Part shown: positions 50,190 through 58,468 of the stretch, piece after piece
Layout: each line of letters opens with the position of its first letter
Position numbering within the stretch: the stretch's first letter is position 1
NCBI GenBank assembly: GCA_964566055.1
Contig: CAZMHI010000011.1
Span: 25,851-89,850, forward strand
Direction: 5' to 3'
DNA length: 64,000 nt
Source of the DNA: an uncultured Rhodospirillaceae bacterium
Lineage (GTDB): Bacteria; Pseudomonadota; Alphaproteobacteria; Rhodospirillales; UBA2165
Program-made: the position numbers and the translations under genes
The notes under the pieces: generated by a model
What the model saw: only the letters and a program-made list of their open reading frames with translations
Databases searched by the model: none
What the model was told of the DNA's origin: nothing

Positions 50190-52520
50190 TTACTGCGCAA
50201 TATTCCCTGAATTTATGACCCCGAGAATTTCAATCGCGACCTGCCATTCACGGCGGCGGTTTTCATCTTCAATCACGGCAATAAGCGGGGGATTTGCTTT
50301 CTCAGCACCAATTTTGCGCATTAATTGAGCCGCCTCCAGCCGGTTATAACCTTCCTTGGCGAAAGCAAAGTTGAGAATTTGCTCTAACGCGGCATCACCT
50401 TTTAAAGCAACGAGCGCTTCGGCGGCGGCGAGGCGAACAGAACGTTCGTCATCGTTAATCAATTGGTCGAGCTGCTTAATTTCAACGCCCATATTGCTAA
50501 GGGCATTGATAACTTCGGTTTTGACGAAACTGTCACCGTCTTCGAGACGATGCGCCAGAAATCCGGCACCATCTGCAGCTTTGGCAGCGCCGAGAGCCCG
50601 CACGGCCAACAACCGGCAATCGCGCTCTGAATTCGCCACGACCCGCATCAGAGCAGCAACTGCGTCTTTCGGCAATGCATCTAAGCTTTCACCGATTTGC
50701 ACCAGCGAATCAAGGGCTGCCAAACGAATTTGCTCACTGCCATCTTCGATATTTTGCGCCAGCGCGGAAGCGACGTCGTCGCCCGGCACTTCACCCAGCA
50801 CCCGGGCAGCAAATTGCGGTACATCCTTATACGCAGGTGTTTCTTCAGCCAGCCGGACCCGGCCTTTGCGCGGTGTTTGCGCCGACAGCGCCAGCATTTC
50901 CATATCTGTATCGGTCAGATGAATGCGGTTTTTCTTTGAGTCACTTAGCTCCGCCATGCGGCCTTCTTTGGGACCATCCTCGCCCATGATGGCGCCCCAG
51001 GTCGAGGTTGGAAACTCTTCGTCTTGTTCTTCAGCCAGCTCTTCGCCTAATTCTTCGCTTGGCTCTTCTTCAGTAATTTCTTCAGAATTTTCGGCATCGT
51101 CGTCGGTTTCGATTTCCTCGTCATAAGGCGCCAAAGAGTCTTTCTGATCAACCGGTTCTTCCGGCAGCGGGGTGATTTCGGCGTTTAACGCAGCGATCAA
51201 AATATCACGGGCTTGATCCGCAGTTTCTTTAGAAACAGCGAGTTCACCCAAAGCGGCTATAGCATCGAAGCGAATTTGGCGATCTGGCGCCGTTAGAGTC
51301 TGGCCGATTGCCGCAACAGCTTCTTCGGTAGCGATCATTTTGAGCCCTCGCAAGGCACCCAGGCGCACCGCTTCAGGCTGTTCTTGATTGGCAAGAATTT
51401 CCAGCAATGTCGCACCGGCAATGGCACCACCTAAAGCAGCATAGGCTTCCAAGGTGACAGCAACCACTGCTGGCTCATTGCTACCAATTATGGTTTGGAG
51501 TTTCGCGCTTAGATCATCATCAGTTTCAACGCCCTGGATCGTCATCAAGCGCTTGAGGACAGCAATTTTGACCTCACCCGCCGGATCATCCAGCCATGAT
51601 TTCAACTGATCCACATCGTTTTCATCGACCTGCGATATAGCGAGAGCGCGAAGCTCCGGTTCTTTGTCGTTGAGCAGAGTTTCGCAAATTTGATCATTGA
51701 AACTATTGCTGTTCAGCGCCTCGGCGATGGCCAGGCGAACGTCTTTTGCCGGGTCTTTGAGACCATGGAGCACGGCTTTCCGCGCCGCGTCATGATCAAT
51801 ACCGGCAAGCACAACAGCTGCCCGGCGGCGGCGGCGGGAATCTTTATCTCCTAAGTAATCAACCAAAGCGCCGGCACCTGCCGCACCCATGCGGGCAAAG
51901 GCAGCAAAAGCAAACTCGGTCAAATCTTGCGCATCTTCTTCATTGATAGCGGTTACAATTTCGGGCACGGCATCTTCGACACCGAATTCTGCCAGGGCCT
52001 TGATCGCCGCGACCTGCAGATCAACCCAGCTGTCCCAGCCGCCTTCATAAAATTCATCTTCGTCCCAGGCAATCTCTTCATCGTGCCATTTTAGCAGGCG
52101 CTTTAGCCAAGGGATAACTTCGGCGGATTTCATTTTGGTCAAAGCGTCGACCGCCGCCATTTTTACTTCGCTGCACGGATCGCCAATAAGATTTTCAAGC
52201 AGCTGTTGCGAAGCCCGCCTATCACCAATTACCGCAAGTGCTTCGGCAGCGTCGGTGCGTACGTCTTCATCTTCATCCAGCAGAGCTTCAATCAGCACTT
52301 TAGTGGCTTGATCAGATTTAATCTCACCCAGCGCGCGCGCTGCCCCGCAGCGATGCACATCGACACTGTCACGCAATAATGCAGATAAAGCGTCGATCAC
52401 ATCAGATATTTTTTCTTGTTGAATGTTACTCTCCATAATGCCGTCGCAATCAGCCGGTGAACTGTTGTTCACCGGCTGGTTTGACGAAGGTAACATTTCT
52501 TCCGCAGTAAGCGAAGACAT
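50190..52520 (-). CDS. Large HEAT/PBS-lyase-repeat protein with an acidic linker
   Basis: 776 aa and no signal peptide. Reiterated ...VR..AA.ALG.IGD..A...L...L.D... repeats. Acidic stretch EEIETDDDAENSEEITEEEPSEELGEELAEEQDEE. Starts 2 nt after the molybdoenzyme stop. Confidence 0.7.
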   Translation of the reverse strand: MSSLTAEEMLPSSNQPVNNSSPADCDGIMESNIQQEKISDVIDALSALLRDSVDVHRCGAARALGEIKSDQATKVLIEALLDEDEDVRTDAAEALAVIGDRRASQQLLENLIGDPCSEVKMAAVDALTKMKSAEVIPWLKRLLKWHDEEIAWDEDEFYEGGWDSWVDLQVAAIKALAEFGVEDAVPEIVTAINEEDAQDLTEFAFAAFARMGAAGAGALVDYLGDKDSRRRRRAAVVLAGIDHDAARKAVLHGLKDPAKDVRLAIAEALNSNSFNDQICETLLNDKEPELRALAISQVDENDVDQLKSWLDDPAGEVKIAVLKRLMTIQGVETDDDLSAKLQTIIGSNEPAVVAVTLEAYAALGGAIAGATLLEILANQEQPEAVRLGALRGLKMIATEEAVAAIGQTLTAPDRQIRFDAIAALGELAVSKETADQARDILIAALNAEITPLPEEPVDQKDSLAPYDEEIETDDDAENSEEITEEEPSEELGEELAEEQDEEFPTSTWGAIMGEDGPKEGRMAELSDSKKNRIHLTDTDMEMLALSAQTPRKGRVRLAEETPAYKDVPQFAARVLGEVPGDDVASALAQNIEDGSEQIRLAALDSLVQIGESLDALPKDAVAALMRVVANSERDCRLLAVRALGAAKAADGAGFLAHRLEDGDSFVKTEVINALSNMGVEIKQLDQLINDDERSVRLAAAEALVALKGDAALEQILNFAFAKEGYNRLEAAQLMRKIGAEKANPPLIAVIEDENRRREWQVAIEILGVINSGNIAQ

Positions 52521-52522
52521 CG

Positions 52523-55195
52523 TTAGATGATATCCCGCGGTGCGAAGGACATAGTCCGGAAGGTTTTCTTATATGGCGATTCGCCGATCTTCTTAACTTT
52601 TGCGGTACCCATTTTGTAATTGTAGTTACCACTAATCCAATCGACAATCCGTCCCTCCAAAGCATTCGCAGGTTGTTGCGTATGCAGGAAATCCATATAA
52701 AGCATGCCTTTTTTGATATGACGCGTGACCATGGCGACACCGGTAACGGCGGCACGGGTCAGCTCGATATTTCCGGCTTTCATCTGACCTGAGAAGGAAT
52801 AGTCAGAACCTTCAACGCCAAGTATCGTCTCTTTAAGACTTGGTACCCGGTCAGAGTAGACCATCAACATATCACCGTTTTCGATGCCGCGTTTCTTGGC
52901 ATCATCGGGATGGATTTCGACATAGTTGTCAGGCCAGCGTTGAACGATATAAGGCCGGCGGCGGTCATCAAAGCCGGATTGCCAACGTTCATTGGTCCGT
53001 CCTGAAGAACACCACATCTCATCACCGCGCGGTTTCATCCATTCCCAATAATCCGAGAACAGATTCCACGGCGACTTCTGAATGTTGCACTTACCGGTTT
53101 GGCTGTTGAAATGGGTCAACTTCTTGTTGAACACATTGCTGGCCTCCGGACCGGTTGCACTCAGCTTGCGAGTCGTATCATGCAGGCGCTTGGTACCGAC
53201 CAGTTTTCCTTCTTCGGTTAAGAATACAGGTCCCTGGATACCGTTAGTGCCAAACTCCCGCATTTTCTGATGCAAGGTTTTGCCTTCACGTTGGGCGACC
53301 ACTTTGATCTGATGGAAGTCTTTGCGGCTGCCCCGCGAGAAGCGTGACATTTCCTCAGCAACCTCATTGGAGTTTTTCCAATCAAAGCCTTCAAAGCCCA
53401 TCCGTTTGGACAATTGGGCAATGATCCACCAATCCGGTCTCGCTTCGCCCGGTGCATCATAAAATTTCTGATACAGGCGCAAACGGCGTTCGCCATTAGC
53501 CCGCATGAAATCTTCTTCGCCCCAGGTTGCTGCCGGGAAGATGATATCGGCATACCGGTTACCAATCGGATCGACCAGATAAATTTCCTGGTTGATTACG
53601 ACCATACCACCGGAATCAGCGCGTTTTTTCAAGGTATCAATGATATCCTGCTTATCGTAGGACCGAACCTGATTTGGATTGGCGACGGTTAGTTCATGGA
53701 ACCGCTTGGCCAATTGCTGCGAGCCGCACATGGATTGGATCCACGTCGTACCGATGACATGAGCCAAACGGGTGTGACCCGACATGGTGTAGGTATCAGT
53801 ATCCAAGGCGCGACGACGGCGACCTGGCAACTTCATTGGCGATTTGTTACGCGGATATTTACCGCCACGTTGACCACCACGCTGGTGTCCACCGGCCCGG
53901 CCAATAACCTGACCCGGACGGCCACCGGCACCAACGATGATACCAAGAGCGGAAATCGCCTGGGTGTTACCGGTATTGTTCGACCAGTAGAAACCTTTCT
54001 CGATCATGATCGAGGTTTTCGGGCGCTTATTGCCTTTAGGTTTCGCCATCCATTCAGCGGCTTTTTGGATTTTCTTGGCATCAACACCGGAAACTTTAGC
54101 TGCATTGGCAAGTTTGAACTCGTCCTGCTTGAGCAGCCATTTTTTCCAATCTTCATAGCCATTGGTCTGGAACTTGCCCCAGGTCGTCCGCCATTGCCAC
54201 GGTGTATTACGCGTGCCTTGGCCGAAGCCCGAAGATGAGCCCCACTTGTTGTTGACCCAGTTTTTGATCCACTCTTTATCCTGCCAATTATTTTCAGCAA
54301 TGATCCGAGCAATCGCATTAACCACCAAGAGGTCGGTGCCTGGATTTACGTCGAGCCAGAGACCGCCATTCTTTTCAGCATAAGCGACACCGGCAGTTCG
54401 GCGCGGCACCATAAAGATGGCTTTCTGGCCGTTTTGGATACCTTGCATGATCCATTGAGTGAACAAGATGGTCTTGGTCTCATAGGGATCAGTACCGCAA
54501 ATCAGCAATGTTTCGGCGTTCATCCAATCTTCGTAGGCCGGACCGAAGTTATCAAAGCCCGCATCCCGGAAACCAGGTGTAGAGCTCACATCTGATGGCG
54601 TATCATGGAAGGTAAAGTTCGCGGTGTTGACGTGACGCAGCGCGTATTTGGTAATCGCGTAGGTGTTTTCCAGATACTGATAGGAATAGGTTTTAACACC
54701 ATAAGCATTAGCGCCGTGATTATCGATGACATGCTTGCCAACCTCGGCAGCGATATCGAGAGCGAAATCCCACGGTACCGGTTGCAAGATACCGAAAATC
54801 CGCACCATCGGTGATTTCAAACGATCACGTGTCGGTGTCTGCGGATTGTAGACCTTCTGCGCAATACAGCCGCCACGAAGACTTGAATCACCGCCTTTAT
54901 TAACGAACTTTGCGTCTTTATCCGGGATCACTACGACGTGGTGCGGCTTATCATTATGCAGCACGATATTGTGCTGGTTCGGTGCCACCCAAGGACCCAG
55001 CGGATTGACCGGGAAGTCTTCACCAAAAGCGTTTTCGCTCGCCTTGGCGCCGCCTTTGCCATTGCCGGCTACCGGCCAGCGGTAAACTTTAAGACCGCAA
55101 GCGACAATACAATAGTCGCAAGCCGTGGTAATGACCTCAGCTCCCTTAGGAGGAAGAGGGACATTGGTTTCTGGAATGTAATATGGAGTAGCCAT
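52523..55195 (-). CDS. Molybdopterin (bis-PGD) catalytic subunit of the arsenite oxidase AioA / iodate reductase IdrA clade
   Basis: 890 aa. N-terminal C-x2-C-x3-C (TTACDYCIVACGLKVYRWP) as in the AioA 3Fe-4S site, with no own Tat signal. AioA-like segments (VVIPDK, SSLRGG, AYEDW...CGTDPYETKT). Confidence 0.8.
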   Translation of the reverse strand: MATPYYIPETNVPLPPKGAEVITTACDYCIVACGLKVYRWPVAGNGKGGAKASENAFGEDFPVNPLGPWVAPNQHNIVLHNDKPHHVVVIPDKDAKFVNKGGDSSLRGGCIAQKVYNPQTPTRDRLKSPMVRIFGILQPVPWDFALDIAAEVGKHVIDNHGANAYGVKTYSYQYLENTYAITKYALRHVNTANFTFHDTPSDVSSTPGFRDAGFDNFGPAYEDWMNAETLLICGTDPYETKTILFTQWIMQGIQNGQKAIFMVPRRTAGVAYAEKNGGLWLDVNPGTDLLVVNAIARIIAENNWQDKEWIKNWVNNKWGSSSGFGQGTRNTPWQWRTTWGKFQTNGYEDWKKWLLKQDEFKLANAAKVSGVDAKKIQKAAEWMAKPKGNKRPKTSIMIEKGFYWSNNTGNTQAISALGIIVGAGGRPGQVIGRAGGHQRGGQRGGKYPRNKSPMKLPGRRRRALDTDTYTMSGHTRLAHVIGTTWIQSMCGSQQLAKRFHELTVANPNQVRSYDKQDIIDTLKKRADSGGMVVINQEIYLVDPIGNRYADIIFPAATWGEEDFMRANGERRLRLYQKFYDAPGEARPDWWIIAQLSKRMGFEGFDWKNSNEVAEEMSRFSRGSRKDFHQIKVVAQREGKTLHQKMREFGTNGIQGPVFLTEEGKLVGTKRLHDTTRKLSATGPEASNVFNKKLTHFNSQTGKCNIQKSPWNLFSDYWEWMKPRGDEMWCSSGRTNERWQSGFDDRRRPYIVQRWPDNYVEIHPDDAKKRGIENGDMLMVYSDRVPSLKETILGVEGSDYSFSGQMKAGNIELTRAAVTGVAMVTRHIKKGMLYMDFLHTQQPANALEGRIVDWISGNYNYKMGTAKVKKIGESPYKKTFRTMSFAPRDII

Positions 55196-55207
55196 TAGTC
55201 GTCTCTC

Positions 55208-55810
55208 CTAACCTTGTAGATTATCTAAACGGCCATAAATCAGGCCGAATATGGCGACAGCGTAGATATTGTCGCCTTGAATTTCGAGCAGCACCTGTGG
55301 CAGGCTTTGATAGGCCTGACCGGAAATCAGAATACCGTGTCGCGTCAGATCATAGGTCGACAGGTGCAAGTTGCAGGCACCAAGCGATTTGGTATCCCCC
55401 TTATAGGAGCCCGTCATGTCACCGCCCTGATGGGTACAGGTATAATTGAAGGCAACAATGTCCTTATTCGGTCCAATACCGCCACCGGCTTCAACACCAA
55501 GCTTGACGATCATCGATTCTGAATAGGCACCGCTATCGGGATAGCTGAAATCAATCGGCTTATCCGTTTTCAACTGGCTCAGTTTAGCCACCAGCTTGCG
55601 GGGATAAGTTGCGACCATCGCCGGTACCTTGGCCATGCCGGGACCGGCACTGACCATGGCGACTGTCGTAACACCCGAGGCAAACAGGAAGTCACGGCGG
55701 GACATCAGGCATTTGCCATGACCCTTTTCTTTTTTCACCACACTGCCTTTACTCTCAGGAGCCTCAGCGATCTCTGGGGTGATTAGTTCGGTTTTAGTTT
55801 CTTTATTCAT
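55208..55810 (-). CDS. Tat-exported Rieske 2Fe-2S small subunit (AioB/IdrB-like)
   Basis: 200 aa. Twin-arginine motif SRRDFLF. Rieske ligands CTH-(18 aa)-CNLH. Good SD (GGAGTGAGGA). Confidence 0.8.
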   Translation of the reverse strand: MNKETKTELITPEIAEAPESKGSVVKKEKGHGKCLMSRRDFLFASGVTTVAMVSAGPGMAKVPAMVATYPRKLVAKLSQLKTDKPIDFSYPDSGAYSESMIVKLGVEAGGGIGPNKDIVAFNYTCTHQGGDMTGSYKGDTKSLGACNLHLSTYDLTRHGILISGQAYQSLPQVLLEIQGDNIYAVAIFGLIYGRLDNLQG

Positions 55811-55834
55811 GATTTTATCCTCACTCCTAGCCCA

Positions 55835-56953
55835 TTAATCGAGGGGCGCATAAGGTGGAATTTTAGGCGTCGCCATTTTGATCTCATCACCGCTCAGAGA
55901 TTCGAGAAAAGCCACGAGGTCTTCCTTTTCTTCATCCGAGAGATTCAGAGGTTTCAAAAGCTTGGTCTTGGTTGCGAACTCGTTCTTGCCGCCACCATCG
56001 TTGTAGAAATCAACCAGCTCTTCCAAATCAAAAAACGATCCGTTGTGCATATAAGGCGCTGTGTAAGCGATATAGCGCAGCGGCGGTGTCCGGAATTTAC
56101 CCTTATCGGCTTTTTCTTTAGTCCGATAATAGAGGCCAGCATCATCCTTGATCGAACGATACATTTTTTCCGTCGTGCCTTTGCCATATTGCTGATAGCG
56201 GAAGGTAATTTGCGCCAAGCCGCGCGTCAGCCATTCTTCAGCCCGCGGCACACCGAGATTGTAATATTTCTGGTCGGTGAGTTGCGGTCCGTTATGACAT
56301 TCAATGCAATTGGCTTTGCCTTTGAACAATTTTAGGCCGCGTACCTGTTGTTCGGAGAGCGCTTTTTTGTCGCCACGCATATATTTGTCAAACGGCGTAT
56401 TGTTATGGATCAAAGTCCGTTCAAACGCCGCCATGGCACGCCAGACATTGTTTACCCGCGGCCAGCGGTCGCCGAAGATTTCACGGAAGGCTTTGACATA
56501 TTCCGGCACGAAAGCTAAGCGAGCTTCGATGACGTCGCGTTCACCGTTACCGGAAAGCGCGCCCAAGGCCGCAGATGGCGCTTGGTTTTCAAGCGATTTC
56601 GCCGAGCCCGTCCAGAACAACTTGCCGAGATAGGCGGAATTGACCACGGTTTGGCTGTTGCGCCAGTGGATGGCGCCGGGATAGCCGCGTGAAATCGGAT
56701 CATTAAAGCCCCAGCCTTGGGTCGGAGAATGACAATCGGCACAGGATACCGACGCATCGCCACCAATCCGGGGATCGAAGAACAGTAGTTTACCGAGAGC
56801 AGCTTTGGCGGCGGTCTGCGGGTTGTCCGCCGGGATCGGCGGTTTGCCTAAGGCAGCCAAAGGTGCGTTTTTATCAGCCATGGCGCTACCGGCGAAGCCG
56901 ATCAATGCCAAACCTACAATGAGTGCAAAAGTAATTTTTTTCATGGTTTTCAT
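55835..56953 (-). CDS. Di-haem bacterial cytochrome c peroxidase (IdrP-like)
   Basis: Signal peptide after the ATG at 56953 (AGGAG SD). CADCH and CIECH in CCP/MauG spacing. The track ORF extension to 57031 overlaps the upstream gene. Confidence 0.8.
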   Translation of the reverse strand: MKTMKKITFALIVGLALIGFAGSAMADKNAPLAALGKPPIPADNPQTAAKAALGKLLFFDPRIGGDASVSCADCHSPTQGWGFNDPISRGYPGAIHWRNSQTVVNSAYLGKLFWTGSAKSLENQAPSAALGALSGNGERDVIEARLAFVPEYVKAFREIFGDRWPRVNNVWRAMAAFERTLIHNNTPFDKYMRGDKKALSEQQVRGLKLFKGKANCIECHNGPQLTDQKYYNLGVPRAEEWLTRGLAQITFRYQQYGKGTTEKMYRSIKDDAGLYYRTKEKADKGKFRTPPLRYIAYTAPYMHNGSFFDLEELVDFYNDGGGKNEFATKTKLLKPLNLSDEEKEDLVAFLESLSGDEIKMATPKIPPYAPLD

Positions 56954-56963
56954 CTCACGGCTC

Positions 56964-58091
56964 CTAATTGCGCTGCTTGAGCCAATTTTTGATGGGTTTA
57001 TAATTGACGTCGATTTTATCTTTCCAGACATGCTGGGCGCCGGTTAACGGCTTACCAGACAGCGATTCGAGGAAAGCAACCAAATTGGAGCGCTCTTCTT
57101 TACTGAGGCCCAAAGGCTTGATCCGGGGATCTTTATTGACGTCGTTGCCACCGCCATTGTTGTAGAACTCAACAACACCTTTCAGAGTTTTGATCATGCC
57201 GTTATGCATGTAAGGTGCAGTTTGCTTAAGTTCCCTCAAGGTCGGGGTCATGAACTTGCCGATATCTGAGCCATCGGCTTTGTGCGTGCGCACATGAGCG
57301 CCAACGTCACGGCGGATATTCATGATATTTTCTATGCCCATAAAGAGGCCAAAAGCCACATAGGTCATATGACGCAAAGGTTTCCGCCAAATATCAGGAT
57401 TGTTCGGCACGCCGGTGTTGTACGGCTGATCATCGGTAAAGCGATTACCGGAATGACAAGAGACACAGCCGGCTTTGCCTTTAAACAATTCAAAGCCACG
57501 CTTAGCGGCATCGGTCATTTTACCTGCATCGAAAGCTGAACCACGGGAGGTTAAGGTTTTCAGATATTCCGGAATGGCTTTACGAATTGAACCGTTTGAG
57601 GGTTCGCCATAGCCGGCATCTTTAAACATCTTCACATAGATCGGATCTTGTTTGACGCGTTCCTGCATCAACCGCATATCCATGTTCATGTTATAAGTCT
57701 CGGTAATAGATTCACGCGTCACATCGTTCAGGTTGGTACCTAAACGGCCATCGTGAAACCATGCTGCCCGCTGCGCCGTATTGATAAGTGTCGGCGTATT
57801 ACGAAAGCCGGCACTGCCGGGATAGGCTTTTGATAACTCAAGCCCGTCAGCAAAACCTTTTGAGGGAATATGGCAGGTGGAACAGCTGATAGCAGCATCT
57901 CCAGAAAGGCGCGGATCAAAAAACAGCCGCTTACCCAAAGCTGCTTTTTTAGCGTCGACTTTCGGCGCCTTAACGGGGCCAAACCCGTTAGCCGAAGCAG
58001 ATGATGCATTAACAATAAGACCGAGCGTAAAAACGCTGGCCGCGAAAACACTTAGTAGTTTTCCAATTGAATGGATACGTCGATAGATCAT
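56964..58091 (-). CDS. Di-haem bacterial cytochrome c peroxidase (IdrP-like), paralogue of 55835..56953
   Basis: ATG at 58091 with a GGAGG SD. Signal peptide. CSTCH and CVSCH. First gene of the cluster. Confidence 0.8.
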   Translation of the reverse strand: MIYRRIHSIGKLLSVFAASVFTLGLIVNASSASANGFGPVKAPKVDAKKAALGKRLFFDPRLSGDAAISCSTCHIPSKGFADGLELSKAYPGSAGFRNTPTLINTAQRAAWFHDGRLGTNLNDVTRESITETYNMNMDMRLMQERVKQDPIYVKMFKDAGYGEPSNGSIRKAIPEYLKTLTSRGSAFDAGKMTDAAKRGFELFKGKAGCVSCHSGNRFTDDQPYNTGVPNNPDIWRKPLRHMTYVAFGLFMGIENIMNIRRDVGAHVRTHKADGSDIGKFMTPTLRELKQTAPYMHNGMIKTLKGVVEFYNNGGGNDVNKDPRIKPLGLSKEERSNLVAFLESLSGKPLTGAQHVWKDKIDVNYKPIKNWLKQRN

Positions 58092-58387
58092 AGACGGTTT
58101 CCTCCGTCGTGCGAAACACACTGAAGTTTTGTGGGAAATTTAAAAGTTTGAGAAATAGGGTTGGCAAACACAAAAAAACCGCCGGTTAATTTTCTTTTTT
58201 CACCAGCGATTGGAAAGAAATAGGAATCGGATATGGATATAGACTTATCCGTATAGCAGCCGCGATTATGGCAACTCTCTTCCACTTATTTATCCCTCCC
58301 CATAAATCAACTACCGGCCCGCAGAAATTTTCTACTAACGGTCCGGTATTCTTTGAATAGGTATAATTAAATTGTGGGAAATGGGCA

Positions 58388-58401
58388 TTGATCCAAATCA
58401 A
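58388..58401 (-). promoter_or_regulatory. Perfect FNR/CRP-family box TTGAT-CCAA-ATCAA
   Basis: Read directly. Located in the 377-nt intergenic region upstream of the first peroxidase gene, about 300 nt from its ATG. Confidence 0.5.
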
Positions 58402-58468
58402 ATTAGAAAAATATGGTATGTGTTTTGTGATAACAAAAGCGTGAGGTCAGAAATATTTGCAATATTTA

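Noticed and set aside
52523-55810. Calling the Mo/Rieske pair a bona fide arsenite oxidase (aioBA)
   Set aside because: The cofactor layout fits the Aio clade, but there are no aioXSR or ars genes nearby and two CCP genes sit directly upstream, as in idr loci. By eye an AioA substrate-pocket loop also seems missing. I kept it as Aio/Idr-clade with the substrate unresolved; only a phylogeny or an assay can decide.
31038-58401. The 27-kb cluster as a mobile genomic island
   Set aside because: I saw no integrase, transposase, flanking tRNA or direct repeats, and composition by eye is like the surroundings. Horizontal origin cannot be excluded, but nothing in the sequence supports it.
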